Both the position numbers and the translations under genes were made by a program. Below, piece by piece: positions 1 through 15,188 of a stretch of 64,000 nt of DNA; positions within the stretch are counted from its first letter, which is position 1, and every line of letters starts with the position of its first letter. This stretch comes from Lingula anatina (lineage: Eukaryota > Animalia > Brachiopoda). The notes under the pieces are model-generated. The model was not told the origin of the DNA. It saw only the letters and a program-made list of their open reading frames with translations, and did no database searches. The DNA is taken from assembly GCA_051362555.1 (NCBI GenBank), contig CM120649.1, positions 10,974,001 through 11,038,000 of the forward strand. The letters run 5' to 3'.

Positions 1-295
1 CAAAAGAAAAGTTTTAAAAACGCGATAAAAAACTTTTAATAGATTTTCGTACCAGTATTCAACCCCTTGAAAGTGTGCATCAAACGCCACTTCAGTAACT
101 TTACATTAAAGATGATGCATGGATTCCATTTATTAAGTGTATGTTTTTTTATTATTAAACAATGCTTTTATTTTACAGCCTTTATCATTATGATGCTGCC
201 GGTCGATAAGCCATGTTCGAATATAAATATAAACAAAATAAATACGTTTTTCTTAAGGTTACATGACAAATTCAATTGTGCGCTTGAAACATTAA

Positions 296-632
296 AGGGA
301 TAATAACTCTTCGTTTTGGCCAAAAAATGAATTTTCCTGGAGTAAACAACAATTTTCCCATACATACCAATTGTTAATGAATCCATTTTTACATTCAAAG
401 TTAGTCCCTGTTTTTTTTCTAAAAAGTTTGGTTTTTTGTTAAAATTTCTTAAGAGATTATAACAGAGTATAGCCATCAATGGAGGTCACGTGATCTGAAG
501 ACAAGCTCAGATATCAGAATAATAGCTATAACTGCTGTTTTCGTCGTAAAACAGAATATATTATATTTCTATGAGTTATTCACAATGTTTTTATTGTGAA
601 ATGTAGATTTCATACGAAGAGTTATTATCCCT
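296..632. mobile_element. Non-autonomous TIR element with TTAA target duplication (Kolobok-like)
   Basis: ttaa|agggataataactcttc ... gaagagttattatccct|ttaa; related copy at 41668-42295. Confidence 0.7.
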
Positions 633-1779
633 TTAACGATATACAGAGATCTGTGAACGTTTGAAAAAATGTCAGTAAAACTTCTTAATCGATACTTGCG
701 TTACCTTCGCCGAGACGAAAGAATGCAGTAAAACCTGATATTACACTTCTTCAACCGGTCGAGTTGAGCCTATTAGGTGAATATTATACAATGGCATCTC
801 CACAAAAGTGTTCCTTTTAAAATTTCACTGTATGATAAAACTTGACGTAACACTGCCAAAAACGGACTTTTAAGAGTGAAATGGTCATAATTTAGCTCTG
901 AAAACCAGGGTCAATAAACTGTGAATTATTTCTAACTTATGAGTGTTTCCTTAATTATCATATGAACAACTCACAGAAATACAGAGCTTGATTAAATTCG
1001 ATACATACGTTACCTACATTTTAATCACTTCCAACTGCTGACAACATCTGATGAGCCAACATCTAATTCTTACTGTATATTACGTTACAATAAAAGAGAA
1101 AGGGGACAAAAAGTAGTCTTCAAATGGTGGGTTTATATGATACATACGTTACCGATACATACGTTATCAAATTGCATGCAGACTTGTTTTCATTGTTTGT
1201 TGTCCTGCGATGCTGAAATGCTTCGTCATTATGACGCCACAGATTATCGCAAAACGGAACGCAACTACACAAGGCTATTATTACGTCAGGAGGTAACGAT
1301 AGTTTCAAGATTTAGAATAATAAAAGAAATCAATCTCAGGGTTTCTTTTTCAAAATGATAATCATTTCACATCTATCGTAGCTGTGTGCACAACACAGCT
1401 ACGAATACATCAAACGGAGAGCACCTGGAGAAGAAGGTAAATTAATCGGTTGCAAAAGAAAAAAAATTGATTGTTTTTTTTCAAATTTTTTGTTGTTGTT
1501 GATAATGACGTTGTCTATTGAATCAATTATCTATTGAATCGATTTACACCGGGGGTGGCGGCTGTTGAAGGAGGGTCCGAGTAATTCATGCAATGGCTGA
1601 ATTCTGTCCTCTTTTGTTAATGGTTGAAATTCTCTGCTGAAATACAAACTGTCTATATAAACATTGTTTTCTAATATCTGATCATTAACTGAAAAATCTC
1701 TATGTACATCTGTATCGAAAATTGTTGACAACAGTTAGTGATATTGTTTTCTGTCGCATTATTTGGAAACTAAGAACTA

Positions 1780-2017
1780 CACACACTGGAAAATAGAAGT
1801 GTCACCCCTACTGAACCAATACTTTGGGGGAGATAAATGACTGTGGAATGATATGCTCCTGGTATCATTTCATTAACATCAAATTTCACAAAAAGACCAA
1901 CAATACAATTCCATGGTACAGCGGTTTTATACTCATTAGTCACATTATAAGAAGACCAGGCATTATAACTTTGATTGCTCTGTTTCAGGGGGTGACACTT
2001 CTATTGTCCAGTGTGTG
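1780..2017. mobile_element. Tc1/mariner-type MITE
   Basis: TIRs cacacactggaaaatagaagtgtcacccc / ggggtgacacttctattgtccagtgtgtg flanked by TA. Confidence 0.75.
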
Positions 2018-2981
2018 TATACTAAAGGTCAGTTTATTAGCTTGAGAGTATCAAATAGGAATAGGATGAGTCATGTAATAAAAAAACGCGAGTTTATTTA
2101 ATTTGGTCCCAATTGCAATGTTTTGCTACTATGCCTATAAATTATAATAAACTTGCAATATGTAGAATTCTTCCTTGTTGGCCGCCCTGAGTCTCAGGAA
2201 ATGGAAATGGAAATACGCCTCACGTTGCCAGGAACAACGGCAGTGGAAAATAATTTGTCAGTGGCCCCATTCAGAATAGGGGTCAAATATGTCAATAGTC
2301 CAAGGGTCAAATATTGTCGACCCACTTGAATAATTCTCCACGAGATATCTATTCAGTGTCCATTAGCGGATTAGACGGCAAGCTTTGTAGTGGGTCGCCA
2401 TATTTGGGAAATTTGGACAGATGCAGGTAAAAGTTCCCTTGTGTCTTTAGGTGATGAATTTGAAGTTGCAGTTGTACAATTCTTCCACATTGGTAACTGA
2501 GTGGGCAGTAGTTCAAAACATGACTGTCACAACAATTTTCTCTTTTAGCTTGAGGAATTGAATCAGTAGATTAGGCCAATTTTAACTGTAATATATAGGG
2601 CATAATTATGGAGATACTACAGCTTGATTTCGTATCATCAGAAAGTATGGGAGGAGACTGCGCCTACTCTGACCCTCTCCTAGTGGGCAACCGAAGGACA
2701 AATAACCGTAACATTAATGTGTTCAAAATAAAAGAAATGAGAAGTAATTATCCACTTACAGTCTATTGTATTGGCTACTAAGTTATTTTAACAACATGAA
2801 AGATGGTTAATCAAACAATATCGATTTTATTTTTTTAATTAACATAATTTTAATTAAACAGGACTGGTGTAAGTCCATATACAATTAAATACGGGCCAAT
2901 TACAGAGCAGCTTCATTCTGAAACAAAAAAATCGCCATGTACATTTTTAGACCCCTGAAGCCAAATGAACCTGTTTGTGGT

Positions 2982-3079
2982 ATATGAAATGACCACCTTT
3001 TTACTATATGTTAAATTTTACATTTTGTTTAATATGAAATGACCACCTTTTTACTATATGTTAAATTTTACATTTTGTT
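2982..3079. repeat. ~50-bp tandem duplication
   Basis: atatgaaatgaccaccttttt(t)actatatgttaaattttacattttgtt occurs twice. Confidence 0.85.
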
Positions 3080-3258
3080 AAATACATAATTGCACTAGAT
3101 CTGATAGAAAGTGTACGTAACACAGAGATTTAGAATTTGAGCACAGATTCAGTGATCTACATGTATATCTATACTGTCAATGGATAGTTATATAATTTTT
3201 CTATAAAGAAAATTTTAAACATTTAGTAATTTTTACTTCAACAGAAATTCTGTTTGTA

Positions 3259-4858
3259 CAGACTTCACATTAAATATGGAATATTTTAGTTTTGAAGGTA
3301 TGCCTAGGTAAAAATGCGTTTTTTTTTTTTTCAAAAAACTCCGATCTGATATAAGAAACGTGAATGGAGAAGTGTGTAGTCAGGTATGTCGCTACCAATT
3401 AACTGACTACCATGCCTGTTGCGCTGCTGCATTGTGTAATATGCAGTGGTTTAATTGGTTAGTGCTCCTTTGGGCTGGTCAAAGCTTGGATTTGGCAAAG
3501 CATGGTTCTGTCAAAAAGTATCCATATATCGGCAACTCATTAGTTGCCGATATATGGATACTTTTTTGACATAGAAGAATTTAAAATTTTGCATACAAGT
3601 AGTTGGTTTTGCAGCTCGTAAAATGAGCCAAGCAGTGTATTACAGAATTGTTAATCTGTGGCAGAATGGCGCGAAAAAGACAGACACTGCCAGACAGTTT
3701 ATTGCGCCAAACGGAACGTACCTAGACTGAGGTCTCGCCCAATGTATCGAAATCTTACCGCCAGGGTACAGGACTCGCTGTCTTTCGGGATATGCTGCTG
3801 CAACTAAACAAAAACCACACAGTCCGTTTAGAATGAGGGGTAAAATGCCACCAAAACGCGCTTTTAAGGGCCCGTAGCGAATACCAAACTGGTCTTAGCA
3901 TGTTAGAATACCAGACGACCTCCGAGGAATCAACAGTAAACAGCAAAACATCGTCGTCTGTTTTTCTAATGAATTGGGGATCATTACCGTTTCTGGGTAA
4001 AACACTGAAACCGCGTGGCTTTCTTTATTGAGGTCAGATTTCACCTGTACCGCTCAACTAGTCGAAACAGATTTATAGACATCCAGAAGAGGTCTACGGC
4101 GAAGCGTCTGCCGCGTCTAAAGTGGCTAGGGTCATTGGCAGCGTCAGTATTTGGAGTGGACACCACATTGGTACCAAAACATCGATAAAAAACCTGAACC
4201 AGATCAAAAAAAGGAATAATCTGGGAACCAACAATTTTTGGGTTCCATGGTGAGTTTGCCAGAGCACTTTTAATAGCAGATAACTTACAGAACCAGGGGA
4301 TTGAGCAGCTACCTTCGTCATCAAAATCGCCATATTTGAAACACACAGGCAATATGTGGGTAGGCCATTACTCACCAAATCAATGGCCTACATGTCCTAC
4401 AACAAAACTGGACCAAATTGGACAAATTTGACCGATGCCTGGTATGTTATTCCAGATTGAACTCTAAAATACCTATCCCAAGTAATGTCTTGCCGCTTGA
4501 GAGCCCTGGTAGCAGCCAGAAGAGGTCAGGCATAACAGCGACCGTTACCATGACTAGACACTGACATGAGGTGCCTTTGTGGGCGTGTAACTCTTTTACA
4601 GACGATAATTAGGAAAATATGGAGATCCAAAATATCGTTTTTAATGGGTGTCGTATCACATTGAATAAGCAGTGTATTTTTGTTTGCTTCACTGGCGAAT
4701 TCAATTAATGAAATGGTGTCACAATGACATCAAAGAGATAATTAAAAGTTATTAAAACACGATTTTAATCCTTATTTTCATTGATCAGTTAGCAAAATAG
4801 GAAAAAACTAATGTAAAATGATTTCGAAAAAAATATTCCATATTAAATGTCAAGTTTG
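3259..4858 (+). mobile_element. Degenerate full-length Tc1-like DNA transposon
   Basis: TA|cagacttcacattaaatatggaatattt ... aaatattccatattaaatgtcaagtttg|TA. Broken transposase: MSQAVYYRIVNLWQNG N-terminus, F(I)EVRF in place of FSDESRF, SKSPYLKH...NMW in place of SPDLNPIENxW. Confidence 0.85.
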
Positions 4859-5876
4859 TAGAATAATAATAATTAATAACAATAATTATACCAATTTTAA
4901 TTATAAATAATAACAAATAAGATGAAAGGACTGTAATACCAAACTGAATTAACTCGAGCTTTTAGACATCAAATCACTTCAAAAATGTTTGCATATATTA
5001 GAAATAATCCACCAAATATTCCATCAAGTGTAATTAAAGGTACATATTGCACATTTTTTTAATTTTGAAAAATGGAGCAACTTGATCTTCAATAACAAAA
5101 TTTCATTTGAAAAATAGGAAAGGCTGTATACAATACCGAATTGAATAAACCTAAGCATTGAGGACAAGAATAGAAAAAAAAAACATACTGTAAAACCAAT
5201 CCTGATTTATCTTAAAGAAACAATGAAAATGAAAATGAGATCAATTTTAAGTTTAAAATATGTCTATAACAAATTATTCCATACAGTAATTTTGTCTCTA
5301 GGACAGTGAAAATATTTGAAAAGATATCAGCGTCTTTTCAAAAGTCGAAACTGTTCTATACATATTGACATCTTACAAATTACTTGGTCCAACTAAACAT
5401 TACTTTTAAATATGTACAATTAAGATCATGTAAAATGAAAACCACAGCTTATCCCTGCAAAAATACCAATGAAAAGATTCTTAAACAAATGAAATATGCC
5501 TATTCCAATGTTCAGTTTCACAATGATATGGCTTTTCAGTGTCACTATCTTCCCCCGGCACACTGAAATAAACGATGCAATCGAAAGTTATACAGTAATC
5601 ACATTCTATAAGTAGCATAACGCGTTTTTAATGCATGGCTCTATTTTATAAAGGCTGAACAAGTTATTTCGATGGCACAACTGTTACTCTAATAATTGTT
5701 AGTTTTTGTCACAAGTACCTTTCCAAGTCTATATCTTCCATGGATTGTGTTTAGCCCTGCAAAGCTGATTGAAGCCAGGAACTAAATAACCCGTGCAAAT
5801 GGTTCTGTAATAAAAAATTGACCGACATGAGTTTCGTTAACTATCTCTCTCTTTCTCTCCCTCTCTCCCTCTCGCC

Positions 5877-6139
5877 TAAGGCTGTGTTCATATGAAAAAG
5901 CTATTTTCTAAAAATCTAAAAATCTATTTGCGGTATCTTCCGATCATGGTCTGTGCCCTGAATACCCCACGGGGTAATTACGGGCAGCGCGTGCCATTTT
6001 CTTCCAAAGCTGTTATTAATTCTCGGCGCTGCCAGCAATTACGCCGCGGGTTATTCAGGGCACAGACCGTGATCACAAGATACCGCAAATAGATTTTTAG
6101 ATTTTTAGAAAATAGATTTTTCATGTGAACGATCCCTTA
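5877..6139. mobile_element. Palindromic MITE (PIF/Harbinger-like, TAA/TTA ends)
   Basis: Arms of ~110 bp are reverse complements (ctaaaaatctaaaaatctatttgcggtatctt / aagataccgcaaatagatttttagatttttag). Confidence 0.75.
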
Positions 6140-7503
6140 CTCTCAGTAACATGTACAGCTAAACATCATACTTAAAAGAAGCAAAAAGCATCACATAACG
6201 TGATATTTATCATTAATCATAATTCAATTAAGGACAAATTGAACTCTTTACAAACAACTCATATAAATAAATTCATTTTAATAAATTTCGTTTAATTGAT
6301 CTTGTGCGAATGTCTCACCCGTGGAAGAAAACTTGGCTTGCTGATTCACCTGTTCTGTAGTCTTATCTCCTTTGATTTCTCTCAATTAGCACCTGGCTAC
6401 GGCTAGTCTGCCACATGGGTCAACAAGCAAATTTGGTTTCTTTACGAGCATTATTTTGGCTCAAAAATCGCTTTAAAATCCTTTTTATCCAGAAAGCCAA
6501 ATGACCCACAACATGTGTGTCATGTGAAATAATAAAGATCACTGGATTAGGAGTAACAAAACTGAGGGTCCGTGCAACAGAGAGTCTGCCCTCCATATTG
6601 TTATAATGGTTAGGGTTAGCCTGAACTAAGTGGGTCAAAATATAGGGCGAGGCTCACCTGTACAAAATAAACGAGAAGCGGACTCTCTGTTGTGGGGAAC
6701 CCTATGCCACGTTACACCGGTACAAAAGTACAGAATAAAATGGCTCAAATACAGCCATGAAAATAAATAAAGCCGTAAAATATAACGTGCTAATTATCTA
6801 AGACATGTTGAGCATACTCCAGAAAAGAGAGTACACTGTACCATTTTACTATAAAGTATATATAGTGGCACAATACTAAGTAACCGTCTTCCTGAGAGAA
6901 GTTCCGCCTCTTTATCAGTCTAATATCCAGTTATAAGTAATGCACTTCGATTACAATTAACTATCACAATTGAAATGTTTAAACAAATAAGGTCGCAGAG
7001 CCGAACTTACAGTCCGCTATAATACATGTAGATGCCTATCTAACGACCATGCACAGTACTATAAGCACACTCTACCGTTTACAATTACAGTAATTAGAAA
7101 AATGTATATAATTTTGATTCGGGGATAAAACATATCAAAAATTACAACGAAGGGGTTTTATCTTATGGACACAGCCGCCATATACCATTCATGCTATATG
7201 TTGAATTTTTAAAATACATACTTAGTTAATCCTATTCGCCCTGTAGAAAATAAAATTGCTTCATACAGCAGCATGTTTGATTTGTGTGCCAGGCTGTCGT
7301 TGGTGCCCAAAAATAAGTTGAACTTCGTTTGTCCATTTACTGATTTAGTGCCTAAATTTCACTTCAGATTGTAAAATATTTACAAGAATTTCCATACTCT
7401 AAATAAGGGTCTGTGAAACAAGCCAACTGAATCATTTGGAAAACCTATGATAAACTGCTAACATCTTTTGTGTAGTAGCGTTATAATGAGCATATGGCAA
7501 ATG

Positions 7504-10500
7504 TTATGCTCTCGCGTTCTCTATTAGGGTCTCTAAAGAATGATCGGGGTTTCTAATTGTAGCTCCCACAAGTGCCATGAGTCGACTCATGAGGACGTGG
7601 ATTGTCTCATCATCCAGCAGATCGCAAGAACCCTGGAATTTAAGTTCAATGCGCTTCGGATGATCGGACTCGATGACTTCAAGTCTGGTTTCCCTGTAGA
7701 AATCTAACAAATAATGTTCTATGACAGCTCCTCCAAATAGGGCATTGTCTTCCTCAACCACGGCATTGTGGTAGTTAATGAGGTGCTTTCCAATGTTCGC
7801 AACTTGTTCCTGTGGCATTGTATCATAAATTAAGTCCGGAGGACAGAGAGCATTTTCAACACAGCATTTCTGAATTGTGCTCTTGTTGACTCTCAGGAAC
7901 TCTCGAAATGTTTGAGAGTGGTTGTCAAAGCGAACAGGAATAGGGAGAATGTTCACGCAATTCGTCATCACCCCTTCCAATCCCAGTGCAACACGCATGT
8001 CGACACTTCCTGATATGACAAATCGCTCAATGTTTGATGCAGCATGAAGCAAAAGTTGATAAACGCTACATATGAACTGAAAAAGTGTGAATTCCTCGCT
8101 GCTACGCCATCTTAACAAATGTATCATCATATCGTCGTCTATCTGCCCCGTTACAGTAACAGACTTTCCAAAAGTGCATTGTGGTAACACTTTTTTTGAG
8201 ACTCGCACAAGAGGAACTTCTTCCGGCAGATTGTTTTCCCAAAATACTTTTAATCTTGTCTTTTCTTCTTCTGTCAGATGACGATCTATTGCATCAGCTA
8301 AGCTGGGTATTGCGCTGACTTTACCCAAATGTGTTGTCAAAGGATTGCCTGCATGGACGCTACGCAGATAAGGAATGATATTATCCTGCAGCATTATCCT
8401 CATAGAATCAACATCCACCGCTATGTGATGGAACACAAATAACACCATTGGCGGTGTAGTGTTTACGAAGGCAACACGCCAAGGCGATTCGTTGGAACTG
8501 TTGAAAGGACGTCTCATAATCTCCTCTATACTTCGTTCCATGGAATCTTCAGTTCCGTCTATGAGCTGCACCTCCGGAGTATCATCTAAAAGAAACTCTA
8601 TCTTGTCTGTTCCTACTACAGCATTTCTTCTGTATCTCATCCTGAGGACTGGGTTATTTTCTGACACTAACTTTGTAATATTTTGCCAAAGCACAATGTC
8701 AGCAGCGTATCCCTGTTCTGGCAACCTGATTTTCACAATTAAGTGGTTTGCGAGATCTTCTTTTGTTCCCTGGCTGTTGTATTTCCATCGGTGTGTGAAG
8801 GCAGGTTTTTGAATAGACCTGTTAGGAGAATGTGGACTATGTTGCTGAACTCCATCCCCAATCAACTGTTCTATGAGGTCAGCAAATGTAGTTGGTTTTT
8901 GATCACTGCTCATGAGCACTGCGGGTATAAGGGAAACTTGGAATTGGTCCCTTACTTTGCGGATAAATGACATCATATTAAGAGAGTCAAAGCCCAGGTC
9001 ATTCAAAGATTGGTTTTCATCAATCTTACCGGGGCCCATCAGAATTCTCCCCGTCGTTCGCATCACCCAGTGTTTGATGTACTGTTTTCTGTCTTCACTT
9101 GACATATTTCTGATCTGTTCTATATTCAGAGTGACCTCTGCTGAATCGGCGTCATCATTTGAGTGGAAACTTTTGCTGTTGGTCTTGAAGGGAATGTCTG
9201 CGTACATGGCCTGTACATCATTGCGTAAAAGTGCATGGAGGAAACATTCCAATATGTCATCTTCATTTAATGCATTTATACCTTCATTTCTCAGTCTTTG
9301 CCCCGTATTTGGATTCTGATTTAGTAGGCCCAAATTTAGTGCACCCCAGTTGATGGACTGTGCAGGCAGATGCTGCTGTCTTCTGTAGTGAGCAAGGCTA
9401 TCCATGAATGCATTGCCGGCTCCGTAGTTTGTCTGGCCAGGGTTTCCCAGCAGTGATGCGACTGAGGAATGCATCACAAAGTAGTCGAGAGGAAGGTTGA
9501 TGGACAACTTGTGCAAGTTCCAGGAACCCTTTATTTTGGGACCTGTCGCTCTTTCAAATGTGTCTTGATTTTGATTTACAAAGGCACCATCGGCCAAAAC
9601 AGCAGCGCCATGAAAAATGCCTTTAATTGGGATTTTGCGTTGTGCAAGTCTTTCAAAAGCACTGGAAACTGAAGTGTAATTGGAAACATCAGCTTGCTCG
9701 TGAATAACCAGAACTTGGTGTTTGATTTCAAGATCTCGTCTCTCACGTAACTGATCTGGAGTTGGAGCAGAACGAGATATTGTAGCAATGACACCAACTT
9801 TATGTTTGGCTAAACACTTAGTGATAAGCTGACCTAGGCCTGTCAGACCGCCAATTACCACATAGCAAGAATCAGAACGAAACAGTCTGTTTTTGGAGGC
9901 AAACACATCTCCAGATGGTGGTACTGAAATGCTGTAAATTGCTTGGGTTTCCATGCAGACATCCACGATTGTATCTTCAACAGTGCTATTTCCAAATTCA
10001 AAACGTGCATTTGGTATCTTATTCATTGGCACAAATTGCTTCACTTCAGATTTCAGTGAAAGTTCTGCACTGAAAGCAGACAGCCACTCCACCGTCGTTG
10101 GCACCTTTGCTTTTAACTGATGCAGTGAGAACTCGTCTCGAATTGAGAAAGTCTTCTTTTTAGCATTTGGAAAATGTCTTCGAAGAGTCATGTATTCGTT
10201 GCCCTGAATAAATTCTTCAAAGACAAGAAGGCATTGTGCTTGGCTGAATAATTTCCCCAACTGGACAATTTCGGACCGGGTGATCTCAGTCATAACCAGA
10301 ACTGTCTGACATGGCTGGAGTGCATTATTCTTGGGTATGGCATGCCTGGAAAGACTTTCTAAATCGAAATTTGCAACACGGGCCATGTCTGTCAAGACCT
10401 GAACCAAAGGCAAGGTATCATCATTGTGTACAAGTATCAGGCGCTGACTTTTAGGTGATGCATTGTTGATACACCCAACTAGAATCTGTTTGGCAAGGTG

Positions 10501-13500
10501 AACAACAGGGAATAGTGGGACGACATCCCATGGAATGAGTCTGGACGAAATCACATATTCTTTTGGCACATGGACAACTGATTCAATTGGGGAAGGGCAA
10601 CAAATGAAAACTTCATCACCATTTGAAAGATCTGATTTCCCGTTAGTATCTGCAACTTTGCCGACCAAGGAGTATGAAATGACATCATGGTCAACTGACG
10701 GGGACATATACCAAAGATGACAAGGATTATCACTTTCTGAGCTGGTTGCAGGGGCACCTTTGATCTGATTAAGGAATGCATGGTGAACGTTTACTTTAAC
10801 ATCACCTGGGTCAATGAGCTTATTGTTGCATCTGGCTTGGTGCTGGAATCGCAGTTCGCTGTAACCATTTGGATCACTGGAGACAAGTCTCACAGGACAT
10901 CCTTCTTCAGCCACATTTTTTCGATATCTGGCATAGTTGAGATCCGTTGATGCCTTGGTTGGAGATGGTTTGTACACACTTTCTTCTTTAATCACAATTT
11001 CTGGGTGGCTTGCTACAAAGGAATCAGCATCTTCAAGGTAGCACCTGAGAGTTTCTGTCTCTTCAGGGGACCCAGAATAGAGATCAACAAGACTTATTTT
11101 CTCATATGTCTCCTCTTTTAAGAAGCATCTCACCATTCCCCAAAGCTGGGCACCAAATGGGGTAAAATGAGGTGATCCTTGAAAGTCGTGAAAACTCAGG
11201 CTTTGGCATGAAACTGTAAGGACGATGACGGGGATTGTAATTTGCATATCAATGAGAATCTTCATGAGAAGACGCAAACCTGTGCATGCTCTATGACATC
11301 CCTCAAACATTTTCTTTGTGTCCATTTTGACATCGTTGGCTGTTCTTGCTCCCCAAGCGTATATGATGTAATTTGGATCTTGCAAATAATTTGGAATGTT
11401 TCTTTCCATCCAATCTCCGAGTTCCCTTTCTCCGCTACATTCTGGAAAACCTATCCCACCCTCCTTCCACTGCACTGCACTATTCTTGTCCACCAAAACC
11501 AGCCCTTTACTTTGGTGTTTTGTCTTAGGCACATCTAGCTTTGCCCTGTGCCAGGTAAGATGACCAAGGAAATTCTCTGGTGTGTTCTTGCCGATCAATT
11601 TCATCACACAGTTCCGTAATTCTGCAATGATATCCCCTTTCATCGACAAAAGGAAGCAGTTGAAATGGGCTTTACCAGAACTGTGATGCATAATTCGACA
11701 GTAAGCCTTCATGATAGGGGAGGGCTTTTGCAGCACTCTTATGCTGCCAAGACTGATTGGGATCATTTTGGTATCTTGCCCTTGGTCATGCAATGGGCCT
11801 GAGCAGAAAACCCCTGCAGTTTGCAAGAGTGAATCTAGAACTGAAGGATGGATTGAAGTGCGGTACATATCTTCAATGATGCTCTGTGGAATTGCAAGTG
11901 TTGAGATGCATTCTTCTTTGTTCACTAAAAAGTTAGTAATAAATTTCATTGTCGGTCCATAATCAAACCCAGCGTGGTGTAGCCCATCGTAAATCTGGTC
12001 AACAGGCACATTTATCGTGCATCTGCTTTCAATGCCACGGATATCTGGTATAGAACTTTTTTGTACCTCATCCTCCCTCACAATTTCCCCTGCGGCATAT
12101 GTTTTCTTATCGTCCTTGATTGCAAAATGATAGATATCTTTTCCAATTTCACATGCCTCATTAAGCTCAAACACTACATGAACATCCATCTCACTGTCAC
12201 TGCTGACAAACAATGGCTCTACAAAATTGATCTGAACCAAGAAATATTCAGAAGGCCTGTTTGAAATCTCGGATACTGCAGTGAGAGCCACGTCTGCATA
12301 AAATGCACCAGGAACCACAATTCCTGCTCCTACCATAACATGGTCATAAATAAAAGGGGTTGAACTTTTATTCATGGTTACCACGTATTCTGGCTTGGAA
12401 CCTGGCATTCTTCGCATGTACGGATGAGACGAATGGCGCATGCCATATTGCTGCTCCCTTGCAGTACGCATGTGGACGATATTTGGTTTTGGGTCAAAAT
12501 GATGTCTAGGCTTGTCTCTTAGAGCCACTGGAATAGAAACAATTTTGTTCCACATTGGATTCACCCCTCTTTCGTACATCTCAGCTAATGAAAGAAGAAG
12601 GGGCTCTGCGCTCAGTCCCTTCTTCATAGATGGAAGCACAACCACGCCATTAGCATTTTCAAACTGATCAATGAAACGTCTAGAAACTGGTCTTGGACCA
12701 ATCTCCAACACAACGTTGGTGCACTCCTCCTGAAGCGCAGCTCCAATGGCCTCATTCAACAAAACAGGTTCTCTGACGTTCTCTCTCCAGTATGAACTAG
12801 GGACATGATCTTCTGTTTTCAAACATCTACCCGTCACCGTTGAGTATAATGCAATCTTTTGCGTCCTGTGCTTGACTTTGCGAGCGGACCCCAGTGTCAT
12901 ATCCTTAAGTTCAAGCTCAATATTCTGACCAGCAGCTTCCATGTGTTGAGAATGATAGGCAATATGGACGGGCAAGTCGATGGTATTCACATCGGCATAA
13001 TTTGGTTCACTGAGGATTTGTTTCAGTGAATTTATGTACGCAGGACTACCAGACACTGTATTTGACATGGGACTATTGGTAATTGCAATATCGACTTCCC
13101 CATTTAACCTATCTTGTAAAAGAGACCTAAGTCTATCAGTAGCAAAATTCTCTACTACCATCATGTGGCCCTTTCCTGCCTTTGACGCGTATTTTGTGCG
13201 TGTACAAATTATATGTGCTGCCTCTTCCAAGGACATGACACCTGCGCAGTAGAAAGCTGCCACTTCACCCACAGACTGACCAACAACAGCATGCGGTTCA
13301 ATGCCCCAGTGGCTCCACAATGCGACGAGACAAACCTGACAAGCAAATATCACTATTGGTTCGACTTCCGGATCAGACACATCTTTCTGTTCAACTAATT
13401 TATTTAAGACAGACCAACCTGTCTTGGGGGTTAGAATCTTGTCAATCTCTGACATTTTTGCCAAGAAGACATTGTCGAACATCAGCAACTGGTGACACAT

Positions 13501-14318
13501 TCCCTTCCATGTTGTTGCAACGCCAGAGAATAAGTAAATGACACGCACCTTTTTTCTCTCAGCATGAAACTGGTGTTTTAGACGCGAGGCGAGGTTGTCT
13601 TGAAGGTTTTGAACAGAGGTAGTGACCATTGCAAGCCGTACAGGATGGTGCGTCCTCCTGCATGTCGATGTATACATTAGCCTGTCAAGATCTTGATCCG
13701 TCAAACTTTTGATGGCAATATCATCTAATACTTCATTTGCAGAGCGTCTTAGGGAATTCACCGAGTTAGCAGAGAAGCAAATCACCTTATGGGGAAGAGG
13801 GGCACCAGAACCACCCAATCCAATGGCTAAGGAAGATCCATTCTGTTTGCGAATCTCGGCATCAAATTTGTTTAGAGGGGTGCTTACGGATGAATCAGAG
13901 TCCTTGGCAACAAAAGTTAATTCACTACGGGTGCTTGGAGCTTTTGGTAATTCAAACTGCTTCACGAATGCGGCAGCATTTGTTCCTCCGAATCCAAAAG
14001 AGTTAACAAATGCCATTCGTCTTTGGTCATTTGGACAATTCCATGATGTCATTTCTGTTGAAATTTTCAAGCCAAGGTCTTCAAATGGTATTTTTGGATT
14101 GGGTTTGCCATCTTTAAAGTGTAAGGAGGGCACAAAAAGACCATGTTTCATCATGAGAAGAACTTTGATCAGCCCTGCCACTCCAGCAGCTGATTCAAGG
14201 TGACCTATGTTCGTCTTCACGGAGCCTATAGTAATACTGGGCAATTGTCTCTTACCTCGTTCGAAAAACTGGCCGATTGAATTAGCCTCTGTCATATCTC
14301 CAACCTGGGTGCCGGTCC
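7504..14318 (-). CDS. PKS-A terminal 6.8-kb exon (KS C-terminus, AT, DH, psiER, KR, ACP, C domain)
   Basis: ORF 7504..14295 extended to the ttccag acceptor at 14318; stop TAA at 7504-7506. Confidence 0.95.
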
Positions 14319-15139
14319 CTGGAATAAAATCTTTTTTTGCCAGAAGTTGTGTATGGCATGTACATGTACCTATACATGTATCTTACACTTACAAACAAAT
14401 TACCAAAAAGGGCAAGATGCCCTAGATAGGATATCAAACTTGTCCCAAACAAATGCTTGGGCTAAGTGTCCTTTGGACGTACTACCAGGTTAGTAGGTAT
14501 AAAGTAATTTTTTCTACAGTCAACAGCTTCATACTGAAATAATTTTTAACCTCCAATATTTCGATAGTAGGAAGCAAAATATTACGTGACTTGGAGATGT
14601 TGTAGCCATTCATAAAAAAAAATATAGCAGCTGTTTCTAAATCTTTTTCTGTACTTTTAGAACATCAAACGCATTTGATAAGAGAAAATAACGGATGAAT
14701 GAACCTGACTTACCATGAGCCTCGACATACTGTATATCGTCGGGGTCAATGCCTTGTTTGTCTCTTAGCATTTTGAAAAGTGCCATCTGTTGGTCTTTTG
14801 AAGGACTGGTCATCGGGTGCGCGGTGGAACCGTCTTGATTCACGACCGATGACACCAAGCCCCAAATATTGTCATTGTTCTCCAGAGCCTGGGTGAATAA
14901 AACCAAAAAGTTAAACACAATCAAGTGAAGCGAAACATAATATTCATAAGACAGTTGACAAGTTTGCTTGGCAAGACTCAGGGAGTATAGACCTAATTAT
15001 GGTAGAGCAAGTGATCGTGATTGGTTGTATGCTCTTCAGACTTAAACTAGCTTCAGACTTAAACAGATCCATAAAGACCAGGCGTAAAAATAATTGCAAA
15101 GCCAGAAAAATCAGTTTTTGATAAAGTTGTAGCCTTAAT

Positions 15140-15188
<49 letters not shown>

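Noticed and set aside
8087-14203. Antisense ORFs conserved between the paralogs (e.g. 13709..14203 and 51116..51598)
   Set aside because: Shadow frames of the PKS coding strand; similarity is explained by the duplication.
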